The notes under the pieces: generated by a model
Seen by the model: only the letters and a program-made list of their open reading frames with translations
Told to the model about the DNA's origin: nothing
Database searches by the model: none
Program-made: the position numbers and the translations under genes
In this document: in pieces, positions 1 through 7,792 of the stretch
How positions within the stretch are numbered: position 1 is the stretch's first letter
Layout of the letters: every line of letters starts with the position of its first letter
Assembly (NCBI GenBank): GCA_040384485.1
Contig: JAZKJH010000001.1
Location: 1-50,756, forward strand
Direction: 5' to 3'
Length of the DNA: 50,756 nucleotides
Source of the DNA: Patescibacteria group bacterium
Lineage (GTDB): Bacteria > Patescibacteriota > Minisyncoccia > Phycocordibacterales > DATDWN01

Positions 1-192
1 AATAGCTATAACTATTGTAGAAATAAATATTATTTTTTCTGCTCCTCTTTTAGTGTGATGTCCAGAAGAAAAACCATCTCCTCCACCAAATGCTCCTCCA
101 GCTCCGGCTTCTGACTGTTGTATAAGGATGCCCAAGATAAGTAGGACGGACAACACTATTTGTATATAAGGAATACTTTCAGCGATACTCAT
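1..192 (-). CDS. secG: Preprotein translocase subunit SecG (runs off the window edge; not in the ORF track)
   Basis: Manual translation from ATG at 192: MSIAESIPYIQIVLSVLLILGILIQQSEAGAGGAFGGGDGFSSGHHTKRGAEK... TM helix, then the Gly-rich ILIQ..GxGGAFGG linker and TKRGAEK, typical of SecG. Confidence 0.9.
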   Translation of the reverse strand, partial: MSIAESIPYIQIVLSVLLILGILIQQSEAGAGGAFGGGDGFSSGHHTKRGAEKIIFISTIVIAI

Positions 193-309
193 GATGGGTC
201 TAATAGTATCAGAATTGTAGAAATACGCAAATACCTCGAATAATGCTACTTATTGGAGTTTGGGTGCCATATGCTATAATTTGGACATTAAAATAATTAA
301 ACAATAGTA

Positions 310-879
310 ATGAACTTTATAAAAACAAATTTGAAATGGGTGGTTATTATAGGTATCGTAGCAATCCTAGCCTTGTGGGCAACGGCTGGTTATAACTCTT
401 TTGTGACTATGGGGGAGAAGATTGATGGACAGTGGGCACAAGTGGAAAGTCAGTATCAAAGAAGATTTGATTTGATTCCAAATATAGAAGCGACTGTGAA
501 GGGAGAATTGAAACAAGAGCAAGAAATTTTCTTAGCTATAGCTGAGGCAAGAACAAGGTACTCGGGAGCAGTGACGACAGAGGATAAAGTTAAGGCTGCT
601 TCTCAAGTTGAGTCAGCTCTAGGAAGACTGCTCGTGATAACAGAAAATTATCCAGTACTACAGTCTTCAAGAGCGTTTTCTGATCTGAGAATAGAACTAT
701 CTGGCACAGAAAACAGAATTGCTGTTGAGAGAATGAACTACAACAACTTGGTTCGGGACTTCAATGCAAGTGTAAAACAATTCCCTAGATTTATTCTAGC
801 AGCGCTGTTCGGTGTAGATGCTAGATCATATTTTGAGATTACAGAAGGGGCTGAAACAGCACCAAAGGTAGAGTTTTAA
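310..879 (+). CDS. lemA: LemA family protein
   Basis: N-terminal TM anchor; YNSFV, QYQRRFDLIPN, ENYPVL, ENRIAVERMNYN motifs. Confidence 0.95.
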   Translation: MNFIKTNLKWVVIIGIVAILALWATAGYNSFVTMGEKIDGQWAQVESQYQRRFDLIPNIEATVKGELKQEQEIFLAIAEARTRYSGAVTTEDKVKAASQVESALGRLLVITENYPVLQSSRAFSDLRIELSGTENRIAVERMNYNNLVRDFNASVKQFPRFILAALFGVDARSYFEITEGAETAPKVEF

Positions 880-890
880 TCTCAATCTAA

Positions 891-1757
891 ATGAAAAAGG
901 TTTTTCTAGTATCGCTTCTGTTGTTGCCAGTATTTGCCGCAGCTTTTACTGTGCCAGATAAACCTAGTACCTATGTAAATGACTATACGGGAATACTGGC
1001 CTTGTCTGCAGAACAGGAAGCGATACTGGAGGAAAAAGTTGCTAACTTCGAGAAATCAACTACCAACGAAATCGCAGTTGTTGTTATAAACAGCCTAGAA
1101 GGAGATACTATAGAAAACGTAGCCCAGAATATATTTACAGCATGGGGAATAGGAAAGGCCGATAAAAATAACGGAGTATTGGTTCTAGTTTCTGTAGATG
1201 ATAGACAAGCTAGAATTCACACTGGATATGGAGTAGAGGGAGATTTACCAGACCTGGCGACATACTATATCCAACAGGATTTTATGATACCGGCATTCCG
1301 AGAAGGGAATTATTTTCTTGGAATTGATAACGGTCTGGATAAAATAATAGAGGCTTTGGGTGGGGCAAATATAGTTCCCGAAGGATACACCAAACAGAGT
1401 TCAAGTGGAATAAACATTGAGATGCTTTTGTTTTTTGGGTTTATTGTTTTTGAAGTGTTGTTCTCGATGCTCGCAAAAAGTAAGTCGTGGTGGGGTGGGG
1501 GTGTTGTCGGTGGAGTCTTGGGAGGGGGAATTATTTGGTATTTTGGTCTAGCATTTTTAGCAGGAATATTTGCTTTTGTTGTGCCAGTAGTTATCGGACT
1601 TATTATTGACTACTTCGTTTCCAAAAGTTATGGACATGCAAGGTCTCTCGGAACCTATCCTTGGTGGATGGGTAGAGGAGGTGGGAGTGGTGGCGGAGGA
1701 TTTGGTGGGTTTGGAGGAGGTATGTCTGGAGGTGGCGGGAGTTCAACTAGATGGTAG
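891..1757 (+). CDS. TPM domain (YgcG-like) membrane protein
   Basis: Signal peptide; VNDYTGIL, EIAVVVI, WGIGKADKNNGVLVLV, GYGVEGDLPD; TM helices; Gly-rich GGGFGGFGGGMSGGGG tail. The lemA-TPM pairing is common. Confidence 0.92.
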   Translation: MKKVFLVSLLLLPVFAAAFTVPDKPSTYVNDYTGILALSAEQEAILEEKVANFEKSTTNEIAVVVINSLEGDTIENVAQNIFTAWGIGKADKNNGVLVLVSVDDRQARIHTGYGVEGDLPDLATYYIQQDFMIPAFREGNYFLGIDNGLDKIIEALGGANIVPEGYTKQSSSGINIEMLLFFGFIVFEVLFSMLAKSKSWWGGGVVGGVLGGGIIWYFGLAFLAGIFAFVVPVVIGLIIDYFVSKSYGHARSLGTYPWWMGRGGGSGGGGFGGFGGGMSGGGGSSTRW

Positions 1758-1771
1758 TGTAATTCAAATTT

Positions 1772-2275
1772 ATGACCATATCAGAAATAAAAGATAAAGA
1801 ACTGCACAGAATAGCGACCACAACTTTGGTTTATAAACCTGACTTTACTTACCTAATTACTAAACGAGCAATGCATAAAAAAGTTATGCCGGGTAAATGG
1901 ACTATTCCAGGTGGTGGTTTGAGTACTGACGACTACGTAAATACTCCAAGTAGCACTGAAGGTGCAAAACAGTGGTATGGGTCTTTGATTACATCACTAA
2001 AAAGAGAGTTAAAGGAAGAAGTAAATCTTGAGATAGGAAAACCAGAACTGCTTACAGATTTAACATTTGTTCGACCAGATGGTGTGCCAGTATTAGTTTT
2101 GAGTTATTTTGCAGCATATGTTTCTGGAGAGGTGAGCATTGATCAAGATATAGATGGAGACACAACTGATTTTGCTTGGGTTACGCTTGAACAAGCAAAA
2201 AACTATGATTTAATAGATGGAATTTGGGATGAGATAAGGGAGGTGGAGGAGATATTGAAAAGCCGTGGATTATAG
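1772..2275 (+). CDS. Nudix hydrolase with an insertion in the Nudix box
   Basis: PGKWTIPGGG ... KRELKEEVNL; FAWV near the C-terminus. Confidence 0.85.
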   Translation: MTISEIKDKELHRIATTTLVYKPDFTYLITKRAMHKKVMPGKWTIPGGGLSTDDYVNTPSSTEGAKQWYGSLITSLKRELKEEVNLEIGKPELLTDLTFVRPDGVPVLVLSYFAAYVSGEVSIDQDIDGDTTDFAWVTLEQAKNYDLIDGIWDEIREVEEILKSRGL

Positions 2276-2291
2276 CCTGAAAATAAATATT

Positions 2292-2378
2292 GGAGAGTTC
2301 GCATAGTGGTCTAGTGCGCCACCTTGGAAAGGTGGTGTGGGGGAAACTCCACCAAGGGTTCAAATCCCTTACTCTCCG
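2292..2378 (+). tRNA. tRNA-Ser (anticodon GGA), long variable arm, CCA not encoded
   Basis: Acceptor GGAGAGT/ACTCTCC-G; anticodon arm CCACC-TTGGAAA-GGTGG; variable arm GTGGGG-GAAA-CTCCAC; T arm AAGGG-TTCAAAT-CCCTT. Confidence 0.95.
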
Positions 2379-2402
2379 CATAAGAATGGTAAAATATATC
2401 AC

Positions 2403-2774
2403 ATGGCCTTACTAGATTTAAAACTAAAAATTGTTATAGAAAATCCAAAGGGAACATATAAAAAGTTTGCTGACTCTTTGGACGAGTACCCTATATTGGG
2501 TGTAACTTTCCCAACTCATTATGGGTACATTGATGGATATGCAAGTGAGGATGGACACGATTTAGACTTGTTTATCGGAAGTGGTGACGTACACGGTATC
2601 ATGAGAGTAAATCGGGAAGAGGAGGGAAAACATTATATAGAAACAAAAATCCTACTATATGTAACTGAAAGTGAGTATCTAGAAATAGAAAAAGAATACA
2701 AACTAGTTATAGCTGCAATGCGAAAAGTGAATGAAAATGAAGTAACTGAAATTATCTCAGGATTTAAAAGATAA
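2403..2774 (+). CDS. Short family-I inorganic pyrophosphatase-like protein
   Basis: IVIENPKG...FPTHYGYIDGYASEDGHDLDLF resembles the IE.PKG / P.NYG / D.DP.D core. Start moved to ATG 2403 because the track start overlaps the tRNA. Confidence 0.7.
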   Translation: MALLDLKLKIVIENPKGTYKKFADSLDEYPILGVTFPTHYGYIDGYASEDGHDLDLFIGSGDVHGIMRVNREEEGKHYIETKILLYVTESEYLEIEKEYKLVIAAMRKVNENEVTEIISGFKR

Positions 2775-2789
2775 TGGTAAAATAATATT

Positions 2790-3683
2790 ATGAAAAATAT
2801 ACAAAAAAGTTTTATTTTACCCCTAATCCTAACTGTAATCATGCTGTTGTTGGCTGGTGGGGGCTTAGCTTTTTATAAGAGTCAAAAAAAGCTTTCTTCT
2901 ATAAATAATCAAGATTTTGCAATAGTAGAAGAAAATAACGAACGACTATCTTTAGCTGATGAAGCGATATACGACACTCTTGCTAAGGGAGCTTATACTC
3001 TAGAAAATGTGTTTATTGGTCCTTGCGGGGAGAGACCATGCGACACAACTCCTGACGAAGTTGGTTGGACTGCAGTTGAAAACAAAGAAGGAGGTTATAG
3101 GATAAATTTGTCCGATACGATTCTGAAGTCATATTTTGGTAATGCTGAAGACAAGGGAACTTATAATCAGATGGGTAAATTTGGTTCCAATCTCTATTTT
3201 GTAAGTGGTGATGAGGGGGCTATCTATGAAGTCAGGTTAAGTGAAAAAAAGATAGTGCGTTTGTATCAGAACAAAAACTTTTTTCCGACTCAGCAGAACG
3301 ATATGTGGTTTAAAGATGGGCAAATTATAACTGTATGGAACAAAGATAAAAATGATCATTCCCCGGAAGGCAGGCTTGTTTCGATTGATCTTTCTACATC
3401 ACCATATAAAACAAGAGTATACGAGTATAATGTTTTAGACGGCTATCCAGATCCGGCGGATCGTCAGTATATTAGCGATTGGTCACAGTATATTAACTTT
3501 ACAGGAGATATTGTAACTGCAAAAGGTAATTCTGACCTGATTTGGATAATACCAAACTACTTTGGTAACGAAATAGGACTAACATGGAGATACCCACTAA
3601 TAAACTTGAAATCCGGGGAAGTACAGTATAAAGCAAAGTATGAAATTAGGGAGGCGGACACGCCAAGTAGTATGTATCTTTAG
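2790..3683 (+). CDS. Hypothetical N-terminally anchored exported protein
   Basis: One N-terminal TM helix, then a beta-rich soluble region with CGERPC; no family recognised. Confidence 0.75.
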   Translation: MKNIQKSFILPLILTVIMLLLAGGGLAFYKSQKKLSSINNQDFAIVEENNERLSLADEAIYDTLAKGAYTLENVFIGPCGERPCDTTPDEVGWTAVENKEGGYRINLSDTILKSYFGNAEDKGTYNQMGKFGSNLYFVSGDEGAIYEVRLSEKKIVRLYQNKNFFPTQQNDMWFKDGQIITVWNKDKNDHSPEGRLVSIDLSTSPYKTRVYEYNVLDGYPDPADRQYISDWSQYINFTGDIVTAKGNSDLIWIIPNYFGNEIGLTWRYPLINLKSGEVQYKAKYEIREADTPSSMYL

Positions 3684-3731
3684 TAAGCAATTTAATTGTT
3701 TAACGACATATAAGTAGGATAGTAGAAAAAT

Positions 3732-4181
3732 ATGGACAAACTAGAAATAAAAAAATTGGCTCAACAAATAGCTCAGGAAGGATATTTGATGAGTCTTGGC
3801 ACATTGGATGATGGCGGGGTGTGGGTAGCCGATGTGATATATATTGCTGATGAAAATTTTAATTTGTATTGGATGTCTTTGCCGAGTGTAAGACACTCAA
3901 AAGCAATAGAGGTAAATAATAAAGTTGCATGCACAGTTACAGTTAGTTGGGAAATTAACAAAGAAAGAGCTTTGCAGATAGAAGGTGTTGCTGAAAAAGT
4001 TGAGGGTCCAATATTTGAATTAGAGAAAAAAATAGAATTAAAAAAGGGGAAAGAGATGCCAAAAGTAGCCGGAGAAGTTTTAGGAAAAGGGCACTCGTGG
4101 TATGTGATACGACCGTCAAAAGTAGAGCTTATTCACAGTGAGTTGTTTGGATATAAAAAACAGATAGTGGATTTGTCTTGA
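3732..4181 (+). CDS. Pyridoxamine 5'-phosphate oxidase-like (FMN split-barrel) protein
   Basis: LMSLGT..GGVWVADVIY, LYWMS...RHSKAIEVNNKVACTV, LQIEG pattern. Confidence 0.85.
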   Translation: MDKLEIKKLAQQIAQEGYLMSLGTLDDGGVWVADVIYIADENFNLYWMSLPSVRHSKAIEVNNKVACTVTVSWEINKERALQIEGVAEKVEGPIFELEKKIELKKGKEMPKVAGEVLGKGHSWYVIRPSKVELIHSELFGYKKQIVDLS

Positions 4182-4281
4182 ATTGACAAAATGTCTTAAA
4201 TGTTACAGAATAAAAAAGGATTGGATTTTGGGTCAGAAGGCTTAAATTTGAGTAATTTCTTAAACCAGTGGAGGTAGTACA

Positions 4282-5136
4282 TTGACTTTGAACGAGCTTT
4301 TGCAAGTTGGTGATCGAGTCGTTTTCCAGGTGGACCCTGAACGACGCAGGTGGAGTGGTGACTATGCAGATATTCCCGACGGCACCGTAGGTGTGGTTTG
4401 TGGTTTCGATGATGGAGTGATTTACAGGCCCAGAGTGCAGTCGTTTGGGAGAGAGACAGGCGCCTATTATCGTAGAGGTGGTAGTCGAATCTGGCTACCA
4501 GATGGACGAATTGTGTCTGGGGAACACAACATCAACATGGTCGATCGTGAAGAGGAACGCCGTCGCGACGCAGCAATGCGTAGCGTAAGTGGCGTGCTCG
4601 TGATTCCGGAAATTCGCCTGGGGGATCTTCCTCCAACTTTGTTTTGGGAACAAGACAAGGTTTCGGTGCAAATGCTGGGCGAAAACATTCTTGAGACGAT
4701 GACCGTCGGTCGTATTGATTACGGCAATATGTACAAGCGCCGCATGGACGGTTCACCTTGGCCATTCTACGATTTGAATTATGCCACAGGTGGTTCCACC
4801 GCCGCGGAAGAGTCCTGGATCACACTCATCGAACGAGGTAATCTTTGGAAACTCCATCACAACGAACCTCTCAAGTTTGCCAACTTGAAAGAAGAAGCCG
4901 ATTTCTTTTCGGAAATCGGGGAGGTGGAAGAGGTGCGGAACCCCGCAAACGAACTTTACAGTTGGAGGAAGAATGAAGTGGTTGAGGCTATCAAGACTGG
5001 CCTCGCTCACGGATTTTTTGTCACGGATGAACTGTTCGGTGTGGGACACTACGTCAGTGCCAAGCGTTTTAAAAACGAAGAGTTAGGCGCTCGTGTAGCC
5101 AAGGCAACTCTAGAGGGACTTGGCGTCACGGTATAA
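4282..5136 (+). CDS. Hypothetical accessory protein (284 aa, TTG start)
   Basis: Long ORF with GGAGG at 4270-4274 and a terminator at 5152; visibly GC-richer; LQVGDRVVF and WEQDKV segments suggest SH3-like barrels (inference). Confidence 0.75.
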   Translation: MTLNELLQVGDRVVFQVDPERRRWSGDYADIPDGTVGVVCGFDDGVIYRPRVQSFGRETGAYYRRGGSRIWLPDGRIVSGEHNINMVDREEERRRDAAMRSVSGVLVIPEIRLGDLPPTLFWEQDKVSVQMLGENILETMTVGRIDYGNMYKRRMDGSPWPFYDLNYATGGSTAAEESWITLIERGNLWKLHHNEPLKFANLKEEADFFSEIGEVEEVRNPANELYSWRKNEVVEAIKTGLAHGFFVTDELFGVGHYVSAKRFKNEELGARVAKATLEGLGVTV

Positions 5137-5151
5137 AAAGTTTTTCAATGC

Positions 5152-5187
5152 AGCGTCTGTGGACTTTTGTTCACAGACGCTTTTTTT
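5152..5187 (+). terminator. Intrinsic terminator
   Basis: AGCGTCTGTG/CACAGACGCT stem followed by a T run. Confidence 0.85.
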
Positions 5188-5231
5188 AAATAAAATCGCT
5201 GAGGTATAATATGCTGATTGTTTTGTTTAAT

Positions 5232-5264
5232 AAAAAACCAGTGACGTTTTGCCTCACTGGTTTT
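5232..5264 (-). terminator. Intrinsic terminator of the 5283..5675 gene
   Basis: AAAACCAGTGA/TCACTGGTTTT 11-bp stem with a flanking A run. Confidence 0.75.
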
Positions 5265-5282
5265 GTGTTTCAATATTTCGAC

Positions 5283-5675
5283 TTAATCTGCATTGGAAGG
5301 TGTTTTGTATGTACAAGACACTTTGTTTTGACGAAGGTCCTCGACGATTTTATCGACCAGTTCAATGGTCAGAACCTTGGACTGGTCAACTTCCTCACCA
5401 TCTGGGTTAAGTTGTTGTGATGCAAAACTGGTCCGGCTTGCAAAGTCTCGCGCCATTACTTCTTGCAACGATCGAAGAGTCTCCTCAACAGCCTCAATGG
5501 CCTGTTCTGCTGTTTCAGCATAGGGTTGTGAGGTTATCAGTGGCTTAAAGTTGTGTCCGGGACCCCGAAGGATTCCGATGGCAAACTTTTCACCTGCTTT
5601 TTCCTGTCCAATGACAATGTGTAAGTCGTGTGGATTGGTGTAGATTTCGAGCGCGGTGAGCATACGGATACCCAT
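5283..5675 (-). CDS. Hypothetical accessory protein (130 aa)
   Basis: AAGGAG at 5685-5680, own terminator, protein-like composition. Confidence 0.75.
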   Translation of the reverse strand: MGIRMLTALEIYTNPHDLHIVIGQEKAGEKFAIGILRGPGHNFKPLITSQPYAETAEQAIEAVEETLRSLQEVMARDFASRTSFASQQLNPDGEEVDQSKVLTIELVDKIVEDLRQNKVSCTYKTPSNAD

Positions 5676-5727
5676 AGTTCTCCTTTTCTAAGGTAAAACC
5701 TAGCACCATAGAGCTATAAAGTCTAGT

Positions 5728-5760
5728 AAAAATGCCGTACGGGTTACGTAACGGCATTTT
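5728..5760 (-). terminator. Intrinsic terminator of the 5765..6016 gene
   Basis: AAAATGCCGT/ACGGCATTTT stem. Confidence 0.75.
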
Positions 5761-5764
5761 GGTT

Positions 5765-6016
5765 TTATAAGGGAAGATCAGGGAATTCCTTCCGTAAAAT
5801 CTCGGTGTTCAGGTTCATGTCCACTCGAAATCTTTCAGCGAGGTCTACGATTATTTGAGCTTCCATATAGGTCTGGCATTTGGCAATAACCACTCCGTCA
5901 CTAGCCAACACTTCCCATGACCAGTCTCGGTCAATGCGCCAGGGAAGCGGGTGTTCTCGGAGTTGATTTGCAAACACTGGAACCAGTGCTAAGGCATCTC
6001 TCTTTTCAAGTTCCAT
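5765..6016 (-). CDS. Hypothetical accessory protein (~83 aa)
   Basis: AAGGAG at 6028-6023 is best spaced for ATG 6016 (track start GTG 6019); Trp-rich HPLPWRIDRDWSWEV. Confidence 0.7.
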   Translation of the reverse strand: MELEKRDALALVPVFANQLREHPLPWRIDRDWSWEVLASDGVVIAKCQTYMEAQIIVDLAERFRVDMNLNTEILRKEFPDLPL

Positions 6017-6062
6017 CACGGACTCCTTTCTTATATCAACTTACCAGATATCTTTGAAATAA

Positions 6063-6090
6063 ATAAGCGATGTGAGGGCACATCGCTTAT
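6063..6090 (-). terminator. 12-bp hairpin terminator overlapping the stop of the 50-aa ORF
   Basis: ATAAGCGATGTG-AGGG-CACATCGCTTAT perfect stem. Confidence 0.7.
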
Positions 6091-6239
6091 CGGTCGTCTC
6101 GAGCGTTAATAATTATCGCTAAGTCGTGAGCTGTGACTTTGCCGCTCCGTTCTGTTTCGGACAGCATTGCTTTAGCTTTTTTCTGCCATGCACTCTGGTC
6201 AATCATCAGTCGTTTTTCTGAGTCAGGTTTTTGAGGCAT
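6087..6239 (-). CDS. Small hypothetical protein (50 aa; below track cutoff)
   Basis: GGAGGAG at 6248-6242; MPQKPDSEKRLMIDQSAWQKKAKAMLSETERSGKVTAHDLAIIINARDDR*; terminator at the stop. Confidence 0.65.
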   Translation of the reverse strand: MPQKPDSEKRLMIDQSAWQKKAKAMLSETERSGKVTAHDLAIIINARDDR

Positions 6240-6309
6240 TTCTCCTCCACCTACAATGCTAATACATAGTTAACTTAAAAACAAACTGTGTGTATGTTAA
6301 AATATATTC

Positions 6310-6660
6310 ATGAAAAACGAAAAACGTAAAAAAGGAGATAAATTTTTTTGGATAGGTTTTATTTCAGGAATTATTTTTAGAGTTATACCATTTTTTGCAA
6401 CAGCGGATACATATCCTGAGCTTGCTCAATTTGTTCCATTGTTCGATATCTTAGGTTTCGTTTCTTTGGTAATACTTATGTATGGTTGTATTTTGGTTTT
6501 ACAATCAAAAAACCGACATTGGGCATGGGCTCTTTTAATATTAATTTTAAACATTTTCGGTGTGATTATTATCTACATGCTTAAAGACGAATCAGAAGCG
6601 GTAACACCAACACCAGTGCCTGCACAAACTCCCGTTAAGGATATTGATCAGATTTCCTAA
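6310..6660 (+). CDS. Hypothetical 3-TM membrane protein
   Basis: Hydrophobic helices; KNRHWAW-L...NIFGVIIIYMLKD; -10 TAAAAT 6 nt upstream. Confidence 0.75.
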   Translation: MKNEKRKKGDKFFWIGFISGIIFRVIPFFATADTYPELAQFVPLFDILGFVSLVILMYGCILVLQSKNRHWAWALLILILNIFGVIIIYMLKDESEAVTPTPVPAQTPVKDIDQIS

Positions 6661-6680
6661 ACTTTTAAAGTATTTTATTG

Positions 6681-6826
6681 CCGACGTAGAGCGAGCGAAA
6701 TGAGAAAGTAACCTTTATCATTTCCGAGCCGAGGAGAGCACTATAAGGTATTAAAATACCCGAGGCGTGCCTCGTCCCAAGTATGAGCGAAGCGAATATA
6801 ATCTTGGGCCCAGGGCTTGCCCTGGG
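6681..6826. repeat. Cluster of five back-to-back inverted repeats (REP-like intergenic element)
   Basis: Stems at 6697-6724, 6747-6760, 6761-6774, 6776-6808 (encloses GCGAAGC at 6787-6793) and 6809-6826. Confidence 0.6.
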
Positions 6827-6852
6827 GTATGATACCTTTTATAATTAAAAGA

Positions 6853-7788
6853 ATGTTAAAGTTATTCAAAAACATTCTTCTTTTAGTTTTAGTATTTGGC
6901 CTTGGATTTTACTTTCGAGCTGATTTGGTTATGTTTAAAAACCAAATGCAGGCGAGATATTTTCCATGCAAACAACCTATTTCATACAGCTTGAACTCTT
7001 TTGATGCTCGTTTCGGTATATCAGAGGAGTATTTTATCGAAGCTTTGAAAGACGCTGAAGAGATATGGGAAAAGTCGTCTGGGATTGATTTGTTTGTGAT
7101 GGAGGAAGAAGGTCAGGTGGGCGTTAGTTTGATTTATGACACAAGGCAAGCTACTACAAAAAAACTAAAAGATATAGGAGAGGTTGTAGAGGAAAGTAGA
7201 GAGTCATATGACGCTATGAAGAGTCAGTACAACTCAGTAGTTTCAACTTACAAAAGAATGGAATCAGAATTTAACACAAGAGTTGACCGGTTTGAGTCGC
7301 GTAAGGTTCAGTACGAAAATGATGTTAGAGCTGCCAATAAAAGAGGAGGAGCAACTAAGGCAGAGTATGAAAGACTAAACACAGAAAAAGTCTATTTGGA
7401 AAAAGAGGTAATAGAAATAAACAAATTACAAACTCAGTTAAATGCAATGGTGGGTAATGTAAACAGCCTTGCTCGGTCACTTAATGATCTTGCAAAAAAA
7501 CTAAATATAAATGTGGATGAATTTAATGAAGTAGGGGGCACTTTGGGTAGCGAGTTTGAGGAAGGAACCTATATACAAGATGCAGAAGGACAAAGAATAG
7601 AAATCTATCAGTTTGAAGATAGGACAAAGTTAGTTAGAGTCTTGGCCCATGAGTTAGGGCACGCACTAGGTCTCGACCATGTAGAAGATACCAATGCAAT
7701 AATGTATTATTTGAATAACGGGGCAAATGAAAGTCTAACAGCAGCTGATCTGTCGGCATTGAAAAAACATTGTGGAGTAACTCAATAA
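6853..7788 (+). CDS. Matrixin-like (M10) zinc metalloprotease with a long coiled-coil insert
   Basis: VLAHELGHALGLDH, Met-turn NAIMY, N-terminal TM. Start set at ATG 6853. Confidence 0.88.
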   Translation: MLKLFKNILLLVLVFGLGFYFRADLVMFKNQMQARYFPCKQPISYSLNSFDARFGISEEYFIEALKDAEEIWEKSSGIDLFVMEEEGQVGVSLIYDTRQATTKKLKDIGEVVEESRESYDAMKSQYNSVVSTYKRMESEFNTRVDRFESRKVQYENDVRAANKRGGATKAEYERLNTEKVYLEKEVIEINKLQTQLNAMVGNVNSLARSLNDLAKKLNINVDEFNEVGGTLGSEFEEGTYIQDAEGQRIEIYQFEDRTKLVRVLAHELGHALGLDHVEDTNAIMYYLNNGANESLTAADLSALKKHCGVTQ

Positions 7789-7792
7789 ACTC

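Noticed and set aside
1676-1745. GGT/GGA low-complexity repeat
   Set aside because: It encodes the normal Gly-rich tail of TPM proteins.
2181-2402. Track ORF on the minus strand, and the extended 2337 start of the PPase-like gene
   Set aside because: Both overlap tRNA-Ser; the first is its antisense shadow.
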